Assembly: GCA_964586355.1 (NCBI GenBank)
Contig: CAZPGO010000026.1
Location: forward strand, 1-29,450
DNA: 29,450 nt
Reading direction: 5' to 3'
Source: an uncultured archaeon
Lineage (GTDB): Archaea; Iainarchaeota; Iainarchaeia; Iainarchaeales; CSSED10-239
The notes under the pieces were generated by a model that was not told the origin of the DNA, made no database searches, and saw nothing but the letters and a program-made list of their open reading frames with translations. Shown one piece after another: positions 16,634 through 25,828 of the stretch. How positions within the stretch are numbered: the first letter of the stretch is position 1; each line of letters opens with the position of its first letter. The position numbers and the translations under genes were made by a program.

Positions 16634-17980
16634 TCATTTTTCTATTTTTTTTAATATTCCTCTAGCAGCAATTACACCAGTTGCAGCAGCACCAACAATA
16701 TTACCTGAAACTCCTGGAGCATCTCCTGCAACAAAAAGATTTGTTATATTTGTTTCAAGATATTTATTTGTTTTTATTTTTGTAGATCTAAACTTAACCT
16801 CAGGAGCATACAAAAAAGTAGAATCACCATCAAGACCTGGTAATATTTTACTTAATAACTCTATACCCTCTATTAAATTTTTAGTGATTCGGTAAGGCAA
16901 AGCCATACCAATATCCCCAGGCACAGCATTCTTTAATGATGGGGTGATGTGTGCATGTAAAAGCCTATTAGGTGTACTTCTTCTTCCAGATTTTAAATCC
17001 CTAAATCTTTGAATAATTGGTTTACCTCCACCAAGTAAAGTTGCACCCTGTGCTATAAAATTAGCATATTGTCTTGTATTTTCTAAGGGTTCAGTCAAAG
17101 ACACTTCAGTAACTAAAGCAAAATTAGAATTATCTCCATCCAAATTAGAATTACTATGCCCATTTACACAAACAAAATCACCATACTCCTCAGTAGCAAC
17201 ATAACCACTTGGACAAGGGCAAAAAGTTCTTACTACATCATCATATGTTTTAGTATACATTAAATAAACAGTTTCATACATTAAATCAGCATGCTCCTTA
17301 ATTAAAGCAGAAGGAAACTCAACTCTAACACCAACCTCTATTTTATCATAAACAAAAGGAATATTATATTTTTTAGTTATATTTTCCATCCAACTAGCAT
17401 TATATCTGCCAGGAGCACAAACAACATATTTTGATAAAATATCTTTACCATCCAATAATTTAACACCAATAACAGTATGATCATTAGTTAAAAGATCAGA
17501 AACCTCTGTGTTAGGCAAAAAATCTATATTAAGATCAGTTAATTTGTCTTGAATATTTTTAATAACAGCAGGCAATTTATCAGTACCAACATGAATAGTT
17601 TTTCTTATAAACAACTTAATATTATTTTTTTGAGCAAGATCAACTAAATTTTTAGCCAATTGCATATTTTTTGGATAATATTCTGGAATAACACCATTTT
17701 CTAAAAAAATTTCTTCAATATAATCTAAATATTTTTGATACTCATCAACAGAATAAAGATGAAGCATTTTTTCATGACTTAAAACCGGAGTAAAATGAAG
17801 CTTACCATCAGAAAATGTACCTGAACCTCCAAAGCCAAGCATTACTTCTTGTTTAGATCTCTTTTCTATTAAATTACCCTTATCAATCAAAAGAATTTTT
17901 AGATCTTTATTAGTTTTACTTAACTCATAAGCAGCAAACATGCCAGCAGGACCAGCACCAATAATAACAACATCATACAT
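16634..17980 (-). CDS. FAD-dependent dehydrogenase (uncharacterised COG2509-like family)
   Basis: The N-terminal Rossmann dinucleotide motif is VVIIGAGPAGMFAA. The C-terminal motif FVAGDAPGVSGNIVGAAATG is typical of this flavoprotein family. Confidence 0.85.
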   Translation of the reverse strand: MYDVVIIGAGPAGMFAAYELSKTNKDLKILLIDKGNLIEKRSKQEVMLGFGGSGTFSDGKLHFTPVLSHEKMLHLYSVDEYQKYLDYIEEIFLENGVIPEYYPKNMQLAKNLVDLAQKNNIKLFIRKTIHVGTDKLPAVIKNIQDKLTDLNIDFLPNTEVSDLLTNDHTVIGVKLLDGKDILSKYVVCAPGRYNASWMENITKKYNIPFVYDKIEVGVRVEFPSALIKEHADLMYETVYLMYTKTYDDVVRTFCPCPSGYVATEEYGDFVCVNGHSNSNLDGDNSNFALVTEVSLTEPLENTRQYANFIAQGATLLGGGKPIIQRFRDLKSGRRSTPNRLLHAHITPSLKNAVPGDIGMALPYRITKNLIEGIELLSKILPGLDGDSTFLYAPEVKFRSTKIKTNKYLETNITNLFVAGDAPGVSGNIVGAAATGVIAARGILKKIEK

Positions 17981-18162
17981 TTTTTATCACAAATTATTTT
18001 TTTTGATGTTACTTGTATATAATTAGTAACAATATTTTAAGATACAAAGAGTTTTTAATAATAATCATTATAGTATTTATAATATTAAGACAATATCATC
18101 CCTACATAACAATTTTGTTATCTTGGAGTGATAATAAATATATAATTAAATGTGAATAATAA

Positions 18163-19989
18163 ATGTGCGGAATAACTGCCTATTTTGGAAATAAAGAATG
18201 TAAATCTATATTAATAAATGGTCTTAAAAGATTAGAATATAGAGGATATGACTCCTGTGGAATATCTGTAATAAATAACAAAGAAATAAAAACAGTTAAA
18301 ACAAAAGGAAAAGTAGAAGAACTAGACAAAATTACAAAAAATCTAAAAGGAAATATAGGAATAGCACATACAAGATGGGCAACACATGGAGAACCTAGTG
18401 AGCTTAATTCCCATCCGCATCTAGATTGTAAAAATGAGATCTCAATTGTTCATAATGGGATAATAGAAAACTTTGAAAGTATAAAAACATATTTAGAAAA
18501 AAAAGGGCATAAGTTTAGATCAGAAACAGATACAGAAGTAATTGTTCATTTAATAGAAGAATTTTACTTAGGAGATCTAAAATCAGCAGTAATAAAAGCA
18601 CTAAAACAAATAGTTGGAACCTACGGTGTTGCTGTAATACATAGAAACAAAAAAGAACTAATTGTAGCAAGAAAAGGATCACCATTAATTATTGGTGTTA
18701 GAGATGAAGAATATTTTGTTGCTAGTGATGCATCAGCAATTATAGAACACACAAAAGAAATGATCTATCTTGAGGACTGCGAAATAGCAAAAATAGATGA
18801 AAACGGTTGCAATATTACAGATCTTGAAGAGATAAATATAGATAAAGAAATAATTACAGTAAAAATGAATATAGAAGAAATAGAAAAAAAAAACTATAAA
18901 CATTTTATGCTAAAAGAAATATTTGAGCAACCAGAAACACTTAAACAAGCAATCTTAGGAAGAATAGATCATAAGAACTATACCGCAAAACTTGGAGGTA
19001 TAGAAAACAGCTTAACAAAAGAATTTTTAGAAAAAGTAAATAGAATAATAATTGTTGCTTGTGGAACCTCTTGGCACTGTGGATTAGTAACAAAATTTTT
19101 TATGGAAAGATTTCTTAAAATCCCTGTTGAAGTAGATTATGCTTCAGAATTTAGGTATAGAGATCCAATTATAGATAATAACAGCTTAGTAATAGTAATT
19201 AGCCAATCAGGAGAAACCGCAGACACACTTGCAGCACTAAGAGAAGCAAAAAAGAAATCTGCAAAAGTAATTGGTATTATTAATGTTGCTGGAAGCACAA
19301 TTTCTAGAGAATGTGATTGTGGTATATTTATTAGAGCCGGACCAGAAATTGGGGTTGCCTCAACTAAAGCATTTACAAATCAATTGATCTGTTTAAATCT
19401 ATTAACACTTTATATTGGAAGAACCATAAACAAAATAGAAAAAGAAGATGCAAAAATATTAATAGACAATATAGAAAAAATTCCAGAAATTATTAAAAAG
19501 ATTTTAAAAACAAATGAAGATATTAAAGAAATAGCCAAAAAATATTATACTACTAAAAACACCCTATACCTAGGAAGAGGAATAAGTTATCCTATTGCCT
19601 TAGAAGGCGCACTAAAGCTAAAAGAAATCTCCTACATTCATGCAGAAGGATATCCAGCAGCAGAAATGAAACATGGACCAATTGCTCTAATAGAAAAAGA
19701 TCTTCCAGTAATTGTTATTGCAAATAATGACCTTAACTATGATAAAGTTCTATCAAATATACACGAAGCAAAAGCAAGAGGAGCAAAAATAGTAGCCATA
19801 GGCACAGAAAAAGACACAGAAATTTCTAATCTATGTGATGATGTTATATTTGTTCCAGATATTTGTGATAATCTTTTACCATTTGTAAATGTTGTTCCAT
19901 TACAGTTGTTAGCCTATCATATTGCAGATCTTAAAGGTTGTACAATAGATCAACCAAGAAATCTAGCAAAATCTGTAACTGTTGAATAA
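18163..19989 (+). CDS. glmS: Glutamine--fructose-6-phosphate aminotransferase (isomerising)
   Basis: The protein starts with the MCGI Ntn nucleophile, has two SIS domains (SQSGETADT) and ends with the conserved C-terminus ...LAKSVTVE. Length is 608 aa. Confidence 0.97.
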   Translation: MCGITAYFGNKECKSILINGLKRLEYRGYDSCGISVINNKEIKTVKTKGKVEELDKITKNLKGNIGIAHTRWATHGEPSELNSHPHLDCKNEISIVHNGIIENFESIKTYLEKKGHKFRSETDTEVIVHLIEEFYLGDLKSAVIKALKQIVGTYGVAVIHRNKKELIVARKGSPLIIGVRDEEYFVASDASAIIEHTKEMIYLEDCEIAKIDENGCNITDLEEINIDKEIITVKMNIEEIEKKNYKHFMLKEIFEQPETLKQAILGRIDHKNYTAKLGGIENSLTKEFLEKVNRIIIVACGTSWHCGLVTKFFMERFLKIPVEVDYASEFRYRDPIIDNNSLVIVISQSGETADTLAALREAKKKSAKVIGIINVAGSTISRECDCGIFIRAGPEIGVASTKAFTNQLICLNLLTLYIGRTINKIEKEDAKILIDNIEKIPEIIKKILKTNEDIKEIAKKYYTTKNTLYLGRGISYPIALEGALKLKEISYIHAEGYPAAEMKHGPIALIEKDLPVIVIANNDLNYDKVLSNIHEAKARGAKIVAIGTEKDTEISNLCDDVIFVPDICDNLLPFVNVVPLQLLAYHIADLKGCTIDQPRNLAKSVTVE

Positions 19990-20024
19990 TTGTGGATTTT
20001 TAAATTTATTTTTATTTTTTTAAG

Positions 20025-20052
20025 TGTATTACAAAAATTATAATGTAATACA
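20025..20052. promoter_or_regulatory. 9-bp inverted repeat tgtattaca-N10-tgtaataca abutting the TATA-like box of the PIN/RHH operon (candidate operator)
   Basis: 20025-20033 is the reverse complement of 20044-20052. It lies immediately upstream of tttatata (20053-20060) and about 30-58 nt upstream of the PIN gene ATG. Confidence 0.35.
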
Positions 20053-20060
20053 TTTATATA
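20053..20060 (+). promoter_or_regulatory. Candidate TATA box for the PIN/RHH operon (near-leaderless transcript)
   Basis: The sequence tttatata ends 23 nt upstream of the ATG at 20083. Confidence 0.3.
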
Positions 20061-20082
20061 CTTTTTAATCTATATAATATAT

Positions 20083-20580
20083 ATGGAAATAGTAATTAGT
20101 GATTCTTCAACTTTAATCTTATTAACAAAAGCAAAATTAATAGATTTAACATTAAAATATTTTGATATAGTTATTCCAACGATTGTTTATGAAGAAATCG
20201 AGAGAGGCAAATCACAAAATATAGAAGATGCATTTGAAATCGAAGAATTAGTTAATTCAAGAAAAATAAAAATAAAGAACCCAAAAGACAAGCATTTAAT
20301 AGATATGTTAACTAAAAAATTTAGTTTAGATGTAGGGGAATTACATGCAATAGCATTAGCTAAAGAAGAAAACAGAAGCATATTTATTGATGATAAGAAG
20401 GGACTGTGTGCGTGCAAATTGTTAAATATAAACACATACACTGCAATTAGATTATTAAATACATTTTATCTTACAAAATTATTAACAAAAGAGGAATTAA
20501 AAGAAAAATTAGAAATATTAAGAATTAAAGGCAGATATACAATTGATGATTTAAAAGAAACAGAATTTTTAACAAGGTGA
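20083..20580 (+). CDS. PIN-like nuclease domain protein (DUF3368/COG2405-like), putative type II toxin
   Basis: The N-terminus is IVISDSSTLILLTKAKLIDL, followed by IPTIVYEEI, then GELHAIALAKE and IFIDDKKG. This reproduces the acidic-residue pattern and order of DUF3368-type PIN proteins. Confidence 0.7.
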   Translation: MEIVISDSSTLILLTKAKLIDLTLKYFDIVIPTIVYEEIERGKSQNIEDAFEIEELVNSRKIKIKNPKDKHLIDMLTKKFSLDVGELHAIALAKEENRSIFIDDKKGLCACKLLNINTYTAIRLLNTFYLTKLLTKEELKEKLEILRIKGRYTIDDLKETEFLTR

Positions 20581-20586
20581 TTAATT

Positions 20587-20970
20587 TTGGAAAAGAAAAA
20601 AAATATAAGTTTGAGATTAAGTAAAGAGATTGTTGATAAGGTGAATTTGCTTTCAAAACTAGAAACATTAGATAAATCTATTATATTAAGAAGAGCAATA
20701 GAGTTAGGATTAAAAGAAATATCTACTGAAGTTGCAATTAAAGGTTTTGGAGAAGATAAATTGTCTTATTCAGAAGGAGCAAAACTATCAGACATGTATG
20801 TTGGTGAGTTTATGGAACTATTATCTCAAAGAGGAGTTCAAATTAAGCCATATTCTTATGGAATTAAACAACATTTAGATAAATCAGAGAAACATTTATT
20901 AAAAATATTGTCTGATCAAATAAATAAAAATAAAAATAAATACAATGTTAAAAAAAAAAAAGAGAAATAA
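20587..20970 (+). CDS. Putative antitoxin: ribbon-helix-helix N-terminus fused to a UPF0175-like domain, Lys-rich tail
   Basis: ISLRLSKEIVDKVNLLSKLETLDKSIILRRAIELGL is an RHH pattern (beta strand plus two helices). KLSYSEGAKLSDMYVGEFMELLSQRGVQI resembles the UPF0175 core (iSlgkAAelaGms..eF.ell...gi). Only a TTG start at 20587 is available, preceded by aaggtga. Confidence 0.6.
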   Translation: MEKKKNISLRLSKEIVDKVNLLSKLETLDKSIILRRAIELGLKEISTEVAIKGFGEDKLSYSEGAKLSDMYVGEFMELLSQRGVQIKPYSYGIKQHLDKSEKHLLKILSDQINKNKNKYNVKKKKEK

Positions 20971-21088
20971 TATGATTGATAATTTAAATTTAAAAGAACA
21001 GGGAAAAATTGTGTTTAAACAAAATTCTATTGGTAGATTAATAATTAACAAATAACACAAATTCTTGGACAAAATCAACAGATTAACC

Positions 21089-22105
21089 ATGAACACAGAA
21101 ATAATAATTATAAAAAATCTAAAAAAAGAAAAAAATAAAATAAAAACACCTGCAAAAATAATATCTAACGGTGGTTTAGTTGCATTTCCAACAGAAACTG
21201 TTTATGGACTTGGGGCTAATGCTTTTGATAAAAAAGCTATAAAACAAATATTTTTAGTAAAAGGAAGACCACAAGATAATCCTTTAATTGTTCATATATC
21301 AGATATTTCTCAAATTGATCAAATATCAGAAAAAATACCAGAAAATGCAAAAAAACTAATAACCAAATATTGGCCAGGACCATTAACTATTGTTTTAAAA
21401 AAAACAAAAATAGTTCCAGATATAGTTACTGCTGGATTTGATAGTGTTGCTATTAGAATGCCAAAAAACAAAATAGCACTAGAGTTAATAAAAGAATCAA
21501 AAGTACCAATTGTAGCTCCAAGCGCAAATATTTCTGGAAAACCTAGTCCAACTAATGCAAAACATGTAAAAGAAGATCTTTTTGAAAAAATTGAATGTAT
21601 TATTGATGGAGGTTCTTGCAATATCGGTTTAGAATCAACAGTAATTGATTTCACCTCAAAAACACCAATAATACTAAGGCCAGGATATATTACAAAAGAA
21701 AATATTGAAAAAATAATTGGAAAAGTAGAATTGTTTGTTTCAAAAAAAAATAAAACACCAAGATCTCCTGGAATGAAATATAAACACTATTCTCCAAATG
21801 CTTTTGTTATTATGGTAGACTATAAAAAAAACTTTAAAAAAGAATTAGATAAGATTTTGAAAAAAGAAAATCACAAAAAAATAGGTGTTATTTCATTTAA
21901 TTTAGATCTTTCCTATAAATCAAAAAACATTATAATAAAAAATCTTAAATCAGATTCAAAAAAATTTGCAAAAAAACTATTCTTTTATTTTAGGTTTTTT
22001 GATCAAAAGAAAGTAGATCTAATAATCGTACAAGGAATAAAAGAAAAAAAATTAGGACTTGCAGTTATGAATCGATTAAAAAAAGCCACAAATAAATTTC
22101 TATAA
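21089..22105 (+). CDS. sua5: L-threonylcarbamoyladenylate synthase Sua5 (YrdC domain + Sua5 domain)
   Basis: The motifs are GGLVAFPTETVYGLGANA, APSANISGKPSPT and the linker RSPGMKYKHYSP. I prefer the ATG at 21089 over the TTG at 21065 used in the ORF track. Confidence 0.9.
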   Translation: MNTEIIIIKNLKKEKNKIKTPAKIISNGGLVAFPTETVYGLGANAFDKKAIKQIFLVKGRPQDNPLIVHISDISQIDQISEKIPENAKKLITKYWPGPLTIVLKKTKIVPDIVTAGFDSVAIRMPKNKIALELIKESKVPIVAPSANISGKPSPTNAKHVKEDLFEKIECIIDGGSCNIGLESTVIDFTSKTPIILRPGYITKENIEKIIGKVELFVSKKNKTPRSPGMKYKHYSPNAFVIMVDYKKNFKKELDKILKKENHKKIGVISFNLDLSYKSKNIIIKNLKSDSKKFAKKLFFYFRFFDQKKVDLIIVQGIKEKKLGLAVMNRLKKATNKFL

Positions 22106-22140
22106 AATTATTTTACAATTAAAAAAAAAAGGAAAAAAAT

Positions 22141-22506
22141 TTAATCTTGAGCTAAAGAATAAATCTCTTTTAATGCTACAATTATTGTTGCAGGAATTAC
22201 AAAAGTCATCATAGCAACTAAAACACTCTCTAAGTAAAATCCAATTAATGATACATTACCTAAAATATTACCGCCAAGACTTGTAACAATAACTAAAGCA
22301 ACAGCAGCAATTAGATAATCTTTAACTTCTGTTTTTGCTACATTTAAGAAACCAACAAACAAACCTAAAACGATTAGTATAGATGTTGTTATAGCAGACC
22401 CAATAAATGTTGCAACAATACCAGCAATTAAAGCTAAGATCATTCCTGTTATAAAAGCAATTGCTCCGAATTTTTGAAAATCTTGTTTTTTCTTTTTTAC
22501 AACCAT
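22141..22506 (-). CDS. Hypothetical membrane protein (3-4 TM)
   Basis: The 121-aa protein has a basic N-terminus (MVVKKKKQ) and Gly/Ala/Ile-rich helices. No recognisable family. Confidence 0.6.
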   Translation of the reverse strand: MVVKKKKQDFQKFGAIAFITGMILALIAGIVATFIGSAITTSILIVLGLFVGFLNVAKTEVKDYLIAAVALVIVTSLGGNILGNVSLIGFYLESVLVAMMTFVIPATIIVALKEIYSLAQD

Positions 22507-22699
22507 AGTTTAAAACCCCCTTTTCTTATAAATATATATAGAATTATAAAAGAGAATTGTTTATAAATAGCGGATATATTTGCAAATAAAATTAATTATT
22601 TAAAGTTAATTTTTTACAATTTATGCTTTGCTATTTTTTAATTAAAAATAATCAAATTTATATATTTTACGAACTATCAAAATAATAAGAGAAACCAAC

Positions 22700-23116
22700 A
22701 TGAAAAAAAAACATCCAAAATTAACATATATAAAAAAATCAACTCCATTAAAAAAAGCAATATTTGGAGGATTTCTGGTAGCAATAATTGTAGCCATATT
22801 AATATTTTTCTTTGGAGTTTTAGATAGATTTGAAAAACCATTAACAAAAGAAGAAGAATCTATAAAAATAGAATATCTTAAAGAATCATTAAAAACCGAA
22901 ATATTAAACAGTATAAACTATAAAGATCTTAATGGATATAATCTTAATTTAATAGAAGTACTAGATGAAAAAGATAGGTGTGAAAAACACAACTGTTATT
23001 TATTCAGATATTCTTATTTTGTGGACACTAATAATGTTAATATAAAAAACAACAAATTAACCATAGATATATTTATATCAGACTTTGTAGAATCAATAAT
23101 AACAAAAAACAACTAA
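22700..23116 (+). CDS. Hypothetical N-terminally anchored protein
   Basis: The 138-aa protein has a single N-terminal TM (IFGGFLVAIIVAILIFFFGVL) and then a soluble domain. A TATA-like atttatatat lies about 40 nt upstream. Confidence 0.55.
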   Translation: MKKKHPKLTYIKKSTPLKKAIFGGFLVAIIVAILIFFFGVLDRFEKPLTKEEESIKIEYLKESLKTEILNSINYKDLNGYNLNLIEVLDEKDRCEKHNCYLFRYSYFVDTNNVNIKNNKLTIDIFISDFVESIITKNN

Positions 23117-23120
23117 AATA

Positions 23121-23297
23121 TTAGCTTTTAAAAACTATTTTTTCTGTATCTGTAAATTTATAAATAATTACACTTAATAATATAAAAATTGCAAAAATGC
23201 CAGGTAATTTATAATTTAATATAGTGGTTATCAAAAACAGAAATAAAACAAAAACCAATATAGTCATTTCAAGTTCTTTATTTACTTTTAATTTCAT
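23121..23297 (-). CDS. Possible small membrane protein (58 aa), not in the ORF track
   Basis: My own translation is MKLKVNKELEMTILVFVLFLFLITTILNYKLPGIFAIFILLSVIIYKFTDTEKIVFKS*. It has two hydrophobic segments and fills an otherwise empty 290-nt gap. There is no other support. Confidence 0.3.
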   Translation of the reverse strand: MKLKVNKELEMTILVFVLFLFLITTILNYKLPGIFAIFILLSVIIYKFTDTEKIVFKS

Positions 23298-23407
23298 TTT
23301 TTTAGATCTATCCTTTTTTTTAAATTAATATAATAGTAAAAAAACAGGTTTATATATCTTTTCTTTATTAAAGAATATAGAACATAAACAATAAAAAACA
23401 GAAAAAT

Positions 23408-23905
23408 ATGAAAAAAATAATTTTAAAAAATTGGCAAAAATTACTGTTATCAATAGCATTATGTTTGCTTGCTGGAGTTGTGGGATCAATATTTACTAGT
23501 AGCACCATGGACTCATGGTATGCAAATCTAATAAAACCAGCATTAATACCACCAAGTTGGGTGTTTCCTGTTGTTTGGACTACTCTTTATATATTAATGG
23601 GCATAGCACTATATTTAGTTTGGTCAAAGAAAACAAAAAATAAAACAGAAAAAACAAAAATTGATTTTGCAATAGTTGTATTTGGATTACATTTAGTATT
23701 TAATGTTTTATGGACATTTTTGTTCTTCTTTCTAAAATCACCAATTGCTGGACTAATAGAAATTATAATTTTGTGGATGTTAATTTTTATAAATATTCTA
23801 CAAATTAGAAAAATCTCAAAAACAGCAACAGGAATACTAATAATATATATTTGTTGGATCTCTTTTGCAACAGTACTAAACACCTTGGTATTGTTGCTTA
23901 ATTAA
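23408..23905 (+). CDS. tspO: TspO/MBR family tryptophan-rich sensory protein
   Basis: It has five TM helices with WYANLIKPALIPPSWVFPVVWTTLYILMGIA and a Trp-rich later helix (FNVLWTFLFF), which is characteristic of TspO. Confidence 0.85.
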   Translation: MKKIILKNWQKLLLSIALCLLAGVVGSIFTSSTMDSWYANLIKPALIPPSWVFPVVWTTLYILMGIALYLVWSKKTKNKTEKTKIDFAIVVFGLHLVFNVLWTFLFFFLKSPIAGLIEIIILWMLIFINILQIRKISKTATGILIIYICWISFATVLNTLVLLLN

Positions 23906-24279
23906 TTTTTTTTAAAAAAAGAAAAGATTAATCTAAAAACAGAAATAACTAAAGGAGTTATAATATACAAAAGACCCTTATCACTAGGAATTACACCCAT
24001 TTTACCAAAAACAAAAACACCAATAACCCAACCTAACAAATAAAATAAAGAAGAATGAGAGAATTTTCTAAACAATAAAAATATAGTAAAACCAGTTAAT
24101 ATTATTAAAATAATTACATAAGTAGTCTCTCGCCAAGCAAAACCAAAAGAAATATCTATAAAATTACTAATTATTAAAAAAAGAAAAGCAATTATAAAAC
24201 CCTTAATAAGCCTTTTTAAAAAATCAAGAGATCCAAAAACAACTGTTTTTGATTCTGCTAAATATTTTTTTGTTTTCAT
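23902..24279 (-). CDS. Hypothetical membrane protein
   Basis: The 125-aa protein has 3-4 hydrophobic helices. It is convergent with tspO, with overlapping stop codons in the palindrome aattaatt. Confidence 0.5.
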   Translation of the reverse strand: MKTKKYLAESKTVVFGSLDFLKRLIKGFIIAFLFLIISNFIDISFGFAWRETTYVIILIILTGFTIFLLFRKFSHSSLFYLLGWVIGVFVFGKMGVIPSDKGLLYIITPLVISVFRLIFSFFKKN

Positions 24280-24440
24280 AGATCTTTTTCACACATTTTT
24301 AAATTAATAATTAAATAACAAATGTAAATTTATAATTATTAAAGAATATATGAATTGCTTAGTATTAACTTTATAATAATATTGTATATCAATAAATATA
24401 GAAATTATACTTATATAGATCAAAAAAGAGGTTAAGAAAA

Positions 24441-25082
24441 ATGAAAATATCACAATCAAAACTTTATAAATATTCAATACTTTCATTAATTGTTTTTATT
24501 ATTGGAGTAATATTAATAACATTTACAAAAATATTTCAAAATATAGATTATCAAATACTTTCTAATTTACCACTTGTATGGAATAATATTTTAACAAAAA
24601 TAATGGTAATTATTACTAGCATAGTAAGTACAGAGACCATTATCATAATCTCATTACTGTTCTTTGTATGGTTTTTATATAAAAAACAAAAAACAAAAGC
24701 AATAATTATCTTTTTAGTACCCACAATAACTGCTGCAATCATCTGGCTACTAAAAAAAATTATTCAAAGAGCAAGACCAGTAGGCTTTCAGTTAATAATG
24801 GAAACTAGAAATAGTCTTCCAAGTGGACATACAGTTACAGCAGTGGTTTTTTTAGGAATCTTGTATTTTCTGTTTTATGATTCTATAAAATCTAAAAAAA
24901 TTATAAAAACAATAATAATTGCAACAATAACACTTGTTGGTATGAGTAGAATATATTTAGGAGTACATTGGTTTAGTGATGTTTTTGTGAGTGTGTTTTT
25001 AGGAATTTCATTATTGTTCTTCTATGTGTATATTATTAAAAAAAATAGAATATTAGAAAAACAAAAATCAAGAAAGAAATAA
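24441..25082 (+). CDS. PAP2-family (type 2 phosphatidic acid / polyprenyl-diphosphate) phosphatase
   Basis: All three PAP2 motifs are present: KKIIQRARP (KxxxxxxRP), PSGH and SRIYLGVHWFSDV (SRxxxxxHxxxD). An aagaggt sequence lies 9 nt upstream of the ATG. Confidence 0.9.
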   Translation: MKISQSKLYKYSILSLIVFIIGVILITFTKIFQNIDYQILSNLPLVWNNILTKIMVIITSIVSTETIIIISLLFFVWFLYKKQKTKAIIIFLVPTITAAIIWLLKKIIQRARPVGFQLIMETRNSLPSGHTVTAVVFLGILYFLFYDSIKSKKIIKTIIIATITLVGMSRIYLGVHWFSDVFVSVFLGISLLFFYVYIIKKNRILEKQKSRKK

Positions 25083-25083
25083 A

Positions 25084-25737
25084 TTATTTTTTCTTATTTT
25101 TTTTGGTATTATCATTTATAATTAATTTACCAGTATGTAAAAAATCCTTCATACTCACTAGACCATATCTAGTAATAATCCAAGATCCTGTAAATATAGC
25201 CCCAGCCATAATAGGATTTAAGTTTAATAATAAAGAAGCAACACCACCAGCAGTAGCAACCTGTATATCAGGCTTAGAAAACAACTCCCCTAATTTTTCA
25301 AAAAACTTTCTGTTTTTACCAGTTTCAGGGTTTATTTCTCCAATAAGTTTACCTTGTTTAAAAACTCTTATCCTTCCGTCTTCTTCAGAAGAAATAATTG
25401 CTAAAACATCCTTACATTCAGAAATACCTCTAGCAGCAGAGTGTCTAGTTCCGTGACCTAAAACAATTTTTGTTTTCTTTATTTTAGCACCATAGGTTAT
25501 GATTTTACCAGAATAATCCATAACCACAGCACCATCCATTAACAAAAGATTCATTATAAGTGTTTTTGTTTCTTTTTCTTTTAGATTAATATTTTTTCCT
25601 TTAAATAGATCTGGATAAAGCATTTCATATTTAGAAGAAATATTATTCTTAGTTAAAACCACAAAAGAACCTTTGCGATCTTTTGCCATCTCCGTTGTTA
25701 GTAGCATAACTTGAGCAATTGTGTCTTTTTTATTCAT
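25084..25737 (-). CDS. Diadenylate cyclase (DAC/DisA_N domain) protein with C-terminal hydrophobic segment
   Basis: DAC motifs are LMDGAVVM (DGA), GTRHSAARGISE (RHxAA) and IISSEEDGRIRVF (SEE-G). I trimmed the start to the ATG at 25737 (MNKKDTIAQV...). The longer track ORF runs into the tyrS start and encodes low-complexity sequence. Confidence 0.8.
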   Translation of the reverse strand: MNKKDTIAQVMLLTTEMAKDRKGSFVVLTKNNISSKYEMLYPDLFKGKNINLKEKETKTLIMNLLLMDGAVVMDYSGKIITYGAKIKKTKIVLGHGTRHSAARGISECKDVLAIISSEEDGRIRVFKQGKLIGEINPETGKNRKFFEKLGELFSKPDIQVATAGGVASLLLNLNPIMAGAIFTGSWIITRYGLVSMKDFLHTGKLIINDNTKKNKKK

Positions 25738-25828
25738 TAGTCTATCCCTTTTTAAAAATAGTATATATATTATATTAGAAAAGGAATATAAATATATTTC
25801 TGCAATATATATATATTTATGAGAAAAG

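Noticed and set aside
17981-18162. Possible regulatory RNA (for example a glmS ribozyme-like element) or hairpin ataaca-attt-tgttat upstream of glmS.
   Set aside because: The region has no GC-rich conserved core or pseudoknot-capable segments, only a weak 6-bp AT hairpin. To my knowledge the glmS ribozyme is a bacterial feature. The region is more simply a divergent promoter.
20972-21055. 27-codon ORF (MIDNLNLKEQGKIVFKQNSIGRLIINK*) between the antitoxin gene and sua5.
   Set aside because: It is too short, has no motif and no start context, and lies where the sua5 promoter is expected.
24304-24486. 60-aa minus-strand ORF in the gap upstream of the PAP2 gene.
   Set aside because: It overlaps the PAP2 start and its SD-like aagaggt. 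The translation is extremely I/L/F/Y-rich with no start context. It is most likely an AT-rich promoter region read as an ORF.
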